From Promethearchaeia archaeon (GTDB lineage Archaea; Asgardarchaeota; Lokiarchaeia; Sigyniarchaeales; SOKP01), in NCBI GenBank assembly GCA_029856145.1, contig JAHQWK010000029.1, forward strand, positions 15,130-79,129: 64,000 bases of DNA. Direction: 5' to 3'. A program made the translations under genes and the position numbers. The notes under the pieces are model-generated. The model worked only from the letters and a program-made list of their open reading frames with translations. It made no database searches and was not told the origin of the DNA. Positions 38,534 to 48,148 of this stretch are shown here, piece after piece. Every line of letters begins with the position of its first letter. The first letter of the stretch is position 1.

Positions 38534-40912
38534 ATGAAGGTGAACAAAAACTTGAATGAACGAATTAGTAAATTACGAACACAAAGTCGTGAGGCAGTTC
38601 CTTATCTTTCGTTAGAACGTGCTCTATTACTAACAGAATTTTATAAAACTGGTGCGGCTCATAAGTTTTCTGCTCCAATTGCCAGAGCTAAAGTATTTAA
38701 ATATATATTGGAAAATAAAAAGATCTGCATTAATGAAGGCGAGTTAATTGTTGGTGAACGTGGTCCAGAACCAAAAGCAACACCCACTTATCCAGAAGTA
38801 TGTTGCCATAGTTTAAAAGATTTAGACATTCTTAATTCACGTGATAAAATTTCATTTAAAGTATCTGAAGATACAAAACAAAAAGCAAAAGATATTATCA
38901 TTCCATTTTGGAAAGGACGATCTATTCGCGATAAAATCTTCTCTCAAGTTGATAATGAGTGGATCGATGTTTATGAGGCGGGAATTTTCACAGAATTTAT
39001 GGAACAGAGGGCACCTGGCCATACTGTAGCGGGAAAGAATATATGGAAAAAAGGATTTTTAGATTTCAAACAAGAAATAAAAGAAAGTATTGATGGCTTA
39101 GATTTTTACAATGATCCTGATACATATAATAAAAGAGAACAACTAAGAGCAATGGATATTGCCGCAGATGCAATAATTAATTTTGCCAATCGTTATGCTA
39201 AAGAAGCTAATCGACTGGCAACCATTGAATCAAACCCAATTAGAAGAAGAGAGTTAGAGAAAATATCAGAAATATGTTCTTATATCCCCGCACGAGCACC
39301 TAGAACTTTTTGGGAGGCACTCCAACATTATTGGTTTATTCATTTAGCTGTCATAACTGAATACAATACTTGGGATTCTTTCAATCCAGGACGCTTAGAT
39401 CAACACCTTTATCCATTCTACAAAAATGATATTGCAAATGGGATAATAACAATGGATGATGCTTTCGAATTACTTCAAGCGTTTTGGGTGAAATTTAATA
39501 ATCAACCAGCTCCTCCCAAGGTTGGTGTTACAGCAGAGGAAAGCAATACTTATACTGATTTTTGTAATATAAATATTGGAGGATTGAAAGAAGACGGTTC
39601 TGATGGAGTTAATGAGATGTCTTACATTCTCCTAGACGTAATTGAAGAAATGCGGATATTACAACCAAGTAGTAATGTTCAAATTAGTAAAAAGACCCCA
39701 GATAAGTTCTTAAAACGAGCTCTTGAAATTGTGAAAACCGGTTTTGGCCAACCTTCCGTTTTTAATACTGATGCCATCATTCAAGAATTAACAAGGCAAG
39801 GAAAATCTATAATAGATGCACGCAATGCGGGAGCAAGTGGGTGTGTTGAGGCAGGCGCATTTGGGAAAGAAGCCTACATTCTCACAGGATATTTTAACTT
39901 AGTAAAAATTCTGGAAGTTACACTTCATAACGGTTTTGATTCTCTAACTAAAAAACAGATTGGATTGAAGACTGGTAATCCTACGATTTTTGAAACTTTT
40001 GATGATTTCTTTGAAGCTTATACTGAACAAGTTAAGCATTTTGTAGATATTAAAATTAAGGGAAATCAAATAATCGAACGTATTTGGGCAAAAAATCCAG
40101 CACCGTTCTTGTCAATACTGATCGATGATTGTATTAAGAATGGGAAGGATTATAATGATGGTGGCGCAAAATATAACACTTCTTATATACAAATTGTAGG
40201 AATGGGCAGTATTACAGATTGCTTGACATCTTTAAAGTATAATGTTTTTGATAAAAAAATCATATCTATAGAAGAATTGATAAAAAGCTTAGAGAATAAT
40301 TTTAGTGGATACGAGGATATTCACCAGAAATTACTCTATAAAACTCCTAAATATGGGAATGATGACGATTATGCAGATTCAATAACCGCTCAAGTTTTTG
40401 AAATTGTTTATGATGCAATTGATAACCGTCCTAATACTAAAGGTGGTGTACATCGTATTAATCTACTTCCTACAACAGCCCACATTTACTTTGGTCAAGT
40501 AACTGGAGCTACTCCAGATGGGCGTAAAGCATATGCACCTTTATCAGAGGGCATATCTCCCGTTCAAGGAATGGATATTAATGGTCCAACTGCGGTTATA
40601 AAATCTGCTGGAAAAATTGATCATTTAAGAACTGGAGGAACCTTATTGAATCAAAAATTTACACCCCATTTTCTCTCAGATCAAAATAGAATTAATAAAT
40701 TAGCTCACTTAATTAGAGCATATTTTGAAATGAATGGCCATCATATTCAATTTAATGTCGTCTCAGCAGATACTTTACGGGCTGCACAAAAAAATCCAGA
40801 AAAATACAGAAACTTGATTGTGCGAGTAGCGGGGTATAGTGACTATTTTGTGAATTTAGAGTTAGTTTTACAGGATGAGATTATTAAAAGAACTGAACAT
40901 ACTGTAATTTAA
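38534..40912 (+). CDS. hypD: Glycyl radical enzyme, trans-4-hydroxy-L-proline dehydratase
   Basis: PTYPEVCCH, FTEFMEQRAPGHTV, ESNTYTDF, SGCVE (Cys loop), RVAGYS (Gly loop), matching my recollection of clostridial HypD. Confidence 0.85.
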   Translation: MKVNKNLNERISKLRTQSREAVPYLSLERALLLTEFYKTGAAHKFSAPIARAKVFKYILENKKICINEGELIVGERGPEPKATPTYPEVCCHSLKDLDILNSRDKISFKVSEDTKQKAKDIIIPFWKGRSIRDKIFSQVDNEWIDVYEAGIFTEFMEQRAPGHTVAGKNIWKKGFLDFKQEIKESIDGLDFYNDPDTYNKREQLRAMDIAADAIINFANRYAKEANRLATIESNPIRRRELEKISEICSYIPARAPRTFWEALQHYWFIHLAVITEYNTWDSFNPGRLDQHLYPFYKNDIANGIITMDDAFELLQAFWVKFNNQPAPPKVGVTAEESNTYTDFCNINIGGLKEDGSDGVNEMSYILLDVIEEMRILQPSSNVQISKKTPDKFLKRALEIVKTGFGQPSVFNTDAIIQELTRQGKSIIDARNAGASGCVEAGAFGKEAYILTGYFNLVKILEVTLHNGFDSLTKKQIGLKTGNPTIFETFDDFFEAYTEQVKHFVDIKIKGNQIIERIWAKNPAPFLSILIDDCIKNGKDYNDGGAKYNTSYIQIVGMGSITDCLTSLKYNVFDKKIISIEELIKSLENNFSGYEDIHQKLLYKTPKYGNDDDYADSITAQVFEIVYDAIDNRPNTKGGVHRINLLPTTAHIYFGQVTGATPDGRKAYAPLSEGISPVQGMDINGPTAVIKSAGKIDHLRTGGTLLNQKFTPHFLSDQNRINKLAHLIRAYFEMNGHHIQFNVVSADTLRAAQKNPEKYRNLIVRVAGYSDYFVNLELVLQDEIIKRTEHTVI

Positions 40913-41000
40913 TACCGTTTTTCTATTTATTCTCAATAATTTGGAAAACGTTGAAAGTTATAATTTTATAGTTTAAGGATTTTTTCTCTTATTATAAACA

Positions 41001-41021
41001 TATGTACTTATTCAGTACATA
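41001..41021. promoter_or_regulatory. Operator-like palindrome 1, TATGTAC-N7-GTACATA
   Basis: tatgtac ttattca gtacata, directly upstream of TATA-like TTTATAAA (41024-41031). Confidence 0.75.
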
Positions 41022-41051
41022 AATTTATAAATGAATATTTCTTTAATTAAT

Positions 41052-41074
41052 ATATGTACATGATCGGTACATAT
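41052..41074. promoter_or_regulatory. Operator-like palindrome 2, ATATGTAC-N7-GTACATAT
   Basis: atatgtac atgatcg gtacatat; same arms and spacer length as site 1, offset by 52 bp. Confidence 0.75.
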
Positions 41075-41112
41075 TATATAATTTTAAAATAAAAAGTGAG
41101 GAGAGAAAGAAA

Positions 41113-41877
41113 ATGAGTAAAGTAGAATTTAAAGATGTTTTCAAAATTTTAGTCCTTGGAGCACCTGGAGTCGGTAAATCCACATTAATTGAAAAATATT
41201 CTGAGAAACTTTTTCAAAAAGATGTAGCACCAATTGTTGGTGTAAATTTTTTTCTTAAACAGGTAACCATTAATGGAAATGATTATAGACTTCAGTTCTG
41301 GGACTTTTTTAATGAAGAAAAATTCGGATCACTTCATACATTATATTATAAAGGTGCCTCAGCTATTTTTTATGTGTTCGATTTATCTAAACCTGAAACA
41401 TTTGATTATCATCAAAAATGCCTCAACAAAGTGTGGAATGAGGGTAAACTAAGTAAATGCCCTGTACTTTTAATTGGGAATAAACTTGATTTAGTTGAGA
41501 ATGAGAAAGATATTGATAGGAAAAAATATCATGAATTTGTTAGAAAAGAAGGTTTATTAGGATATATAGAGACTTCAATAAAAGATATCGATAGTATAAA
41601 GAAAGAAGTTCTAAATATTATTCAAAGCACTTTAAAAAAGAGTTATCAAGTTAAGTTTTTAGTAAATAGCAAAGAATTGGAGGATATTAAAAGATTTGCA
41701 AAGTTTTCTCGTCAAAAGCAATCTGAGTTTATTCGTACAGCAATATGGGAAAAAATAAGGTCAATGGATCCTCTTTCAATGACTAAGAGTTTAAAGAAGG
41801 AAAAAATAGAAGAAAAAAATTTAAGATTAAACGAATTGAAAAGAATTCGAGAATTATTAGAAAGGTTAGAAAGCTAA
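41113..41877 (+). CDS. Rab-like small GTPase fused to C-terminal ribbon-helix-helix (CopG/MetJ/Arc-type) domain
   Basis: GAPGVGKS, WDFFNEE, GNKLD, IETS; then SYQVKFLVNSKELEDIKRFAKFSRQKQSEFIRTAIWEKI (RHH pattern) and a short leucine-rich helix. Confidence 0.8.
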   Translation: MSKVEFKDVFKILVLGAPGVGKSTLIEKYSEKLFQKDVAPIVGVNFFLKQVTINGNDYRLQFWDFFNEEKFGSLHTLYYKGASAIFYVFDLSKPETFDYHQKCLNKVWNEGKLSKCPVLLIGNKLDLVENEKDIDRKKYHEFVRKEGLLGYIETSIKDIDSIKKEVLNIIQSTLKKSYQVKFLVNSKELEDIKRFAKFSRQKQSEFIRTAIWEKIRSMDPLSMTKSLKKEKIEEKNLRLNELKRIRELLERLES

Positions 41878-42037
41878 GAATTTTAGTAAGGCGAATAAAT
41901 AGTATTTAACTTTAAAGCATTTTTCTTTTTTTTTATAGCTATTTCTATTTAATAAGATATAAATTCAAGAAGTCTATTATGGAAATGTAAATTTGGAGAT
42001 ATAATTCGATATTGTTAATAAAAAAATAGAAAAGTAC

Positions 42038-43102
42038 ATGAACTTCGATTCAAAATTTAATAAAGGCAACCTTATTGATAACATTCCAGTTGATGAAAAT
42101 TCCTATAGGGCATTAATTCAATTGTTAAAGAAAAAAACAGGGTTAAATTTTGAATATTATAATAAATCATTCATAGAAAAGCGTATAAAATCACGTATGA
42201 TAAGAATCCCGTGTAAAACACTTAGTCAGTATTACGAATATATATCATCAAACAGTGCAGAAATTAAAAAATTCACTGAAGGGTTTACAGTAAATTACAC
42301 TTTCTTTTTTCGCGATTATGATGTTTTTGAAACATTTCAAGATTTATTTATTCAAGGTTTATATGTAAACAGAAAGGATATAAAGAGTAATATAAGACCA
42401 GATCCTGCTAAGTTGGCTAAATTTCATACGAAAACTAATGCGGTTAAAAATTTGCATAAAATTAGATCTTTAACTGAAAAACCTGCAAGATATTACATAG
42501 ATATCTTTATTTTCCTCAATCAACTCTCTTATTATCGAAAAATGAAACGCCCAAAAAGTACAAATAATTGTATTAATATTTGGTCATGTCCTTGTGCAAC
42601 AGGAGAAGAACCTTATTCTATAGGTATGATTCTTGATAATCTTGAAACCCAAGTTCCACGTTTTCCTGATTATAAAATCGTAGCATCTGATATAGCTCCT
42701 GAAGCAATTGAAAAAGCTAATATTGGTGTTTACACGGACGATTCAATGAAAGAAATTTCAGACTATTACGATAATAAATATTTTACTAAACAAAAAACTC
42801 ATTTTGGACATACTAATATCATAAAAGAAAGGATAAAAAATAAAATTGAATTTGTAGTAGAAGATGTTACAAAAGGTCACCAAATGCCCTATAAGTATGA
42901 TATTATTTTCTGTAGGTATCTATTGATTTATTTTAACCGAGAAAATAGACATAAATTTCTAAAAATTTTAGAAAATCAATTAAATGAAAATGGAATTTTA
43001 ATTTTAGGAAAAACTGAAACCTTATTTAATTCATGGGGGAGTTTACAATTAATCGATACAAATAATCGAATATATATCAAATCTCATTCTAAAATCAATT
43101 AG
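42038..43102 (+). CDS. cheR: CheR-type SAM-dependent protein-glutamate methyltransferase with insertion
   Basis: TGLNF..Y, TVNYTFFFRD, IWSCPCATGEEPYSI, ASDI, YDIIFCRYLLIYF, LILGKTETL. Confidence 0.9.
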   Translation: MNFDSKFNKGNLIDNIPVDENSYRALIQLLKKKTGLNFEYYNKSFIEKRIKSRMIRIPCKTLSQYYEYISSNSAEIKKFTEGFTVNYTFFFRDYDVFETFQDLFIQGLYVNRKDIKSNIRPDPAKLAKFHTKTNAVKNLHKIRSLTEKPARYYIDIFIFLNQLSYYRKMKRPKSTNNCINIWSCPCATGEEPYSIGMILDNLETQVPRFPDYKIVASDIAPEAIEKANIGVYTDDSMKEISDYYDNKYFTKQKTHFGHTNIIKERIKNKIEFVVEDVTKGHQMPYKYDIIFCRYLLIYFNRENRHKFLKILENQLNENGILILGKTETLFNSWGSLQLIDTNNRIYIKSHSKIN

Positions 43103-43120
43103 TAAATTTTAAAAATTTTC

Positions 43121-43888
43121 TTAAAAAATATAGGGAATTAGGGCCTTTCGATTATTGGGATAGTCTGGAAATGTTCTACTATACCATAAATGATTAGAAT
43201 GAGCTCTTGGTGCTAAGTTTGCAAATGTCCACACAGCAAACACAAGCCCCGGAAGGGACCATGTCATTATTGCCCATCCAGTCCATTCTGTTATTTCCCC
43301 AAAATAACTAGGACTACTCACATATTTAAACATCCCACCATGTGGGATTTTATATTCAATTTCCCCAGGTTTTCTTAAATTACGGATAATGTAATCTGAA
43401 TGGAGATTAATAATAAAACCAACTAAGAATATTATAATTCCCGCTATAAAAAGAGGGTTTAATAACCAAGTTATAGGATATGAAGGTGAAAAACTATAAA
43501 TCCATCTTGCTTGCAAATATGTATTAACTCCATTAAACGTAATCCCCATCAAAATAATTATTATAGGCATAGGTAGTTTTCCACGGATTAACAATGGAAA
43601 TATAAATGTACGCTGACAGTAATGCAACATCCATATAGCCATAAAAATCAGTGGAACAATCTCTAGTCTTCGATCTCCAATGAGATAATAAATAAAATAA
43701 ATAATAACAGTAGGCACTTCCATTAAAAACCAACCAAGTTTAGTATTAATGGCGGGACCCCATTTCTTACTAATATGTTGTCCATATCCCGCAGGTATCC
43801 GAAATAAAATTATAAAAATTAATATTGAAGATAAACTAAAAGTTATCATCAAAAGATTATATATCAAAAATTCATCCATATTATCCAC
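43121..43888 (-). CDS. 3-oxo-5-alpha-steroid 4-dehydrogenase (SRD5A-like) membrane reductase
   Basis: AGYG, GWFLMEVP, HY..R.FIFP, NLHSDYI.RNLRKPGE..YKIPHGGMFKYVSSPSYFGE, NLAPRA...HLWY, RKALIPYIF. Confidence 0.9.
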   Translation of the reverse strand: MDNMDEFLIYNLLMITFSLSSILIFIILFRIPAGYGQHISKKWGPAINTKLGWFLMEVPTVIIYFIYYLIGDRRLEIVPLIFMAIWMLHYCQRTFIFPLLIRGKLPMPIIIILMGITFNGVNTYLQARWIYSFSPSYPITWLLNPLFIAGIIIFLVGFIINLHSDYIIRNLRKPGEIEYKIPHGGMFKYVSSPSYFGEITEWTGWAIMTWSLPGLVFAVWTFANLAPRAHSNHLWYSRTFPDYPNNRKALIPYIF

Positions 43889-44176
43889 TTTATATTATAT
43901 TGTCAAACTTTAATAATATATCCCCAAAATACAAATCTAAATTATTTCTAAGTTTTTAACTTATCCATTCTATGTTTATTTAAATTTCAAGTTAGATTAT
44001 TAAAAGGTACTCAAATAATACTTTGATAGTATTACTTATTTACGTCACAGGGCAAAAAATAATAATTTACACACTTCTTATGTGCGAAATTATTCAAGGA
44101 TATGGTGCTATAAAACAACTACTTTCTTGAATAGTTTATACGAAAAATTTTTAACACCTCCACCTTTTTAAACAGT

Positions 44177-44911
44177 ATGAGTAGAGATAAGCAATTAATA
44201 GAATTACTTCAAACGGGTTCACTCCGTGCTATAATATTTGATTTTGATGGAACTTTACTTGATATAAGAGAAATAATTGAAAAATCAATTGAAGAAATTT
44301 TAGGAGAAAAAAAATTAGATATTGATATGGAAACAACAATACAAGAAATTGGAGCTTTATTAGAAACTATTCAAGGATATCCTCTACCTAAGGTTTTACT
44401 GGAATCTTATGAAATATTTAATCATATAACAGCACTTGAAGGACTAACTTACTTTAAGAAGTTACAAATTGCGGTAAAGATTTTTGCTAAATATCTTGAA
44501 TATGCAAAAGAAGCCCTATTTTTCCCTGCTGTGAAATCCTTATTAAAAAAACTAGGTAAATCGTCTGACCTCTTTATTGTTTCTCATAATAAAACAAACA
44601 CAATAATGGATCATTTAGAAAAAGTAGGGTTTGAGAAAGTATTTAAAGGTGTTTATGGAAGCGATAAAATACCTGTTCAAAAGCCAGATCCATTGTCACT
44701 TCAACCAACTTTAGAAAACTATGAAAAACGTCGTAGAGATGAATTTTTAATGATAGGTGATATGCCCTCAGACATTACTGCCGGTCGAGAAGCTGGTTTT
44801 TGGACTATAGGAGTAACAAGCGGAGTAAGTAAGCATGAGATTTTAACAGAATATAACCCTGACCTCTTAATTGAGTCTTTAGATGATTTATTAAAGATAG
44901 TAGAAAATTAA
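44177..44911 (+). CDS. HAD-family phosphatase (Gph-like)
   Basis: IIFDFDGTLLD, IVS, KPDP, MIGD...DI.AG..AG. Confidence 0.9.
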   Translation: MSRDKQLIELLQTGSLRAIIFDFDGTLLDIREIIEKSIEEILGEKKLDIDMETTIQEIGALLETIQGYPLPKVLLESYEIFNHITALEGLTYFKKLQIAVKIFAKYLEYAKEALFFPAVKSLLKKLGKSSDLFIVSHNKTNTIMDHLEKVGFEKVFKGVYGSDKIPVQKPDPLSLQPTLENYEKRRRDEFLMIGDMPSDITAGREAGFWTIGVTSGVSKHEILTEYNPDLLIESLDDLLKIVEN

Positions 44912-45146
44912 TGCTCTTTCTAAGTCGTTTATTTAAAATTAATCTCAAGTGGCTTTTTTTGGTGGTTTTTAATTATTTCTAATTTAATTCTCAACAATCT
45001 CTCAATTTAAAACCCTAAGATAATCATACTTTTTCGCGTATGACTCAGATCATTAATTTTTTAAATAAACAAGTCTTTAAGTAAAATTAATTCAGCTGAG
45101 AATAAAGACTTATTATTAAATTTTAAAGCTTTTCTTAATAAAAAAA

Positions 45147-46814
45147 GTGAGAAATATGGAATTGGAAAAAAAAGGATACCAAATCGCAGAAGAAATGGAA
45201 CGTAGAAAATCCACTGAAGATAAAATGCAAGAGGAACTAAAATACGAGAAGGAACATCAAGATTGGACATATAAAATTCTGAAATATAATCCAATTGACC
45301 CACTCAATGACTTATATCGATATATCATCAAACGATTAGAGCTGAAACCAATCGAGGGACGGCTTCAATGGTGGATGGCTTATATTTACATCAAATGGGC
45401 TGCCCGAACGTTCTGGAACTTCAAAGCAGAATATCCTAAAGGAAACATGTTCCCAGAGTGGGGTCCGGGCATCTTAGTCGGTAATCATGAAAGCCATTTG
45501 GACCCGTTCTTTTATGGAGCTGCGTGCCACAGGCGTATCCGGTACATGAGCAAATTGGATAATTTCAAAACACCCATTGTGAAAACTCTTTTTAATAATC
45601 TTGGTGCTTTTAAAATTGACCGAGAAAATCCAGAACGAGGATGGGAAAAGGCAAAAGAAATTATTAGAGGTGGAGAGTGGGTAGGGATATTTGCTGAAGC
45701 TACAAGGTCTAAGGATGGAGAGCTAGGTGAATTTAAAACTGGAGCTGTTCGGCTTGCTATTGAGATGGATGTTCCAATAGTTCCTATGGCTGTGATTGGT
45801 TCTAAAAATGCATTACCTAAAGGTAATCTAGTAATGAAACCAACTCAAGTAAAAGTACGAGTTGCTAATCCAATTTATTATCATGATTATGATATCAATA
45901 CAATATCATATGAAGATATTCGTAGATTAACTGATGAATTGCGGAATACAGTATGGGAATTACGAGAGGGACTTTATGGAAGGAAAGAAGATGAGGAACT
46001 TTCCATAGGTTCCCCTGAAGAAGTTGAGAAAGCCCCCAAATTTAATTTCATGAGATATTTGAAAGATCAAGCAAAAGGGGTTATCCGGTTCATAGATGAT
46101 TCTTGGTACGCTCTTTTAAGGAGTTTAGAAGAATTTGGAGTTCGAGAGCAATTTCAAAGACCGGTACAATGTTTCTCAGGAGATTTAGTTTGTGAGTGGT
46201 CTAACCTCATGATGCCGTATAGGGTAATCGATTTTGAGAAATATATCCCTGCGGAAGGTGCTGCGCTTATATGTCCAAGTCATAATTCAGAATGGGATGT
46301 GCTTATTCTAGCAGCAAGCATGATTCATCATCCACCAAGACGTGTAATGTATCAAATGGCAAAGCAATCATTATTTAAAATTCCACTTGTTAATTCGTGG
46401 GTAAGAAATCATCATGCCTTTCCATTAAAACGAGGAGAACATGATGTAGACGCTTATAATTATGGAAAGACACTTCTCGAAGCCGGTGAAGTTGTTTGTA
46501 CGTATCCAGAAGGAACGACTAATCTTGGAGGGGGTCATCTTTTAGAGGGGCATACTGGGCCCATACGGTTAGCAATAGAAACACAAGTACCTATAATCCC
46601 TATTGGGATTACTGGAACCGAGGAAACTTACCCAAAACACGCAAAAATGTTAAAGTTTTACAAAGGTCAAATTTTAAAAGCTGGTCCACCATTTATGGAA
46701 CATCAAAAATACTGGGGTAAACCAATGCCAGATTATGATGAGCTTAAAAGATTAACAACAAATATGATGGATCAAATCAGAGATTTATTGTATTATGACA
46801 CTCCCGATATATGA
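45147..46814 (+). CDS. Acyltransferase with two tandem PlsC-like (LPLAT) domains
   Basis: Domain 1: NHESHLD, GAFKIDR, IFAEATRS, IVPM. Domain 2: SHNSEWD, AFPLKRG, YPEGT, IIPIGI. Confidence 0.88.
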   Translation: MRNMELEKKGYQIAEEMERRKSTEDKMQEELKYEKEHQDWTYKILKYNPIDPLNDLYRYIIKRLELKPIEGRLQWWMAYIYIKWAARTFWNFKAEYPKGNMFPEWGPGILVGNHESHLDPFFYGAACHRRIRYMSKLDNFKTPIVKTLFNNLGAFKIDRENPERGWEKAKEIIRGGEWVGIFAEATRSKDGELGEFKTGAVRLAIEMDVPIVPMAVIGSKNALPKGNLVMKPTQVKVRVANPIYYHDYDINTISYEDIRRLTDELRNTVWELREGLYGRKEDEELSIGSPEEVEKAPKFNFMRYLKDQAKGVIRFIDDSWYALLRSLEEFGVREQFQRPVQCFSGDLVCEWSNLMMPYRVIDFEKYIPAEGAALICPSHNSEWDVLILAASMIHHPPRRVMYQMAKQSLFKIPLVNSWVRNHHAFPLKRGEHDVDAYNYGKTLLEAGEVVCTYPEGTTNLGGGHLLEGHTGPIRLAIETQVPIIPIGITGTEETYPKHAKMLKFYKGQILKAGPPFMEHQKYWGKPMPDYDELKRLTTNMMDQIRDLLYYDTPDI

Positions 46815-47092
46815 ATTTCTAGTCGAGGTCAATTATTCCAAATTTATCTATTTCTTTAATCCAAAAGGCAAGACATAACTATCCTAATCTAAATTCCCTT
46901 CTTGATTATGAAGACAGTGCTTCAAAGAAAAATTCTTTTTGTATTTTATTAAATCACAATCTTGTACTTTAGATTATTTAATTTATACTTAGAATAAATT
47001 TCAAATTAAAATTAAAATAAAAAAAAATTTTAACTAAGCTGTATTAACAAATATGATACTCCTAATGTATGAGTTATTGGGGAATTAAATAA

Positions 47093-48148
47093 ATGGAAAC
47101 AAGTGATTACTCAACCAAGAAAAAAAAAGTTGGAATTCCACGAGCCCTTCATTTTTATCGATATTTTCCTTTTTGGAAAAAATTACTTGAAGAATTAGAT
47201 GTTGAACTCATTTTAAGTCCTCCAACTAATAAAAAAATAGTTGAGGAAGGTGTAACCCATGGATTTGGAGAACTCTGTATCCCTGTAAAGATCTATTATG
47301 GTCAAGTATTAAAGTTAGTACAGGACCATCCAGATTTAGACTATATTTTTGTTCCGAGATATGTAGCAGAGGTAAAAGAGGCATATTTCTGTCCTAAATT
47401 TATATCGCTGCCTGATATTATTAAAATTTTACCAGAAGTGCCAAAAATATTAAACTTCGAAGTAAATGTAAAGGAGTTTCCAATTGCGACTTCAGCAATC
47501 GAGCTTGGAAAAGAATTAGGGAGAACTCAAAATCAATCTTTAAATGCGTATAGAGAAGCTCAAAAATATTTTGATGAATATCATAAATTCTTGAGAGAAG
47601 GAGCCCCTGTCAATCATGCTTTAAGATTAGTAGAAAGAAATAGACCTTTCACATTACCTAAGAAAAAACATAAGGGAGATCTCAAATTTCTACTTCTTGG
47701 GCATGGTTATAATATTTTTGACACTTTTATTAATTTGGATTTCCAGAAAAAATTACATGATCAAGGTGTTGAGGTTCTAACAATAGAAAACTTGCCTGAA
47801 TCTATTTTTAAAGTGCCAGTAATTATAAATAAACGTTTGAGGAACTACTGGAGACACGAGGAGGAGATATTGGCTGCAATCCGTTATTTTTTGACAAAGG
47901 GTCGTGATGAGATCGATGGGGTTATTTTTCTTATAAGTTTCGCGTGTGGTCCAGATAGTCTTATCTCAGAACTAATCATGCGAGATATGAAAGTTGTAGG
48001 TTTACCTTTCTTGGAGATTACAATGGATGAACATTCGGGAGAGGCGGGAATGATTACGCGTATCGAGGCTTTTGTTGAAATGGCGCGTCGTAAGAAAAAG
48101 AAATTAGAATTGGACTCAAAAAAGACTAGTGCTGTTAAAACATTATGA
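47093..48148 (+). CDS. Acyl-CoA dehydratase activase-related protein (DUF2229-like)
   Basis: KVGIPRAL, LSPPTNK, CIPVK..YG, CPKF..LPD, SFACGPDS, DEHSGEAG..TRIEAF. Confidence 0.85.
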   Translation: METSDYSTKKKKVGIPRALHFYRYFPFWKKLLEELDVELILSPPTNKKIVEEGVTHGFGELCIPVKIYYGQVLKLVQDHPDLDYIFVPRYVAEVKEAYFCPKFISLPDIIKILPEVPKILNFEVNVKEFPIATSAIELGKELGRTQNQSLNAYREAQKYFDEYHKFLREGAPVNHALRLVERNRPFTLPKKKHKGDLKFLLLGHGYNIFDTFINLDFQKKLHDQGVEVLTIENLPESIFKVPVIINKRLRNYWRHEEEILAAIRYFLTKGRDEIDGVIFLISFACGPDSLISELIMRDMKVVGLPFLEITMDEHSGEAGMITRIEAFVEMARRKKKKLELDSKKTSAVKTL

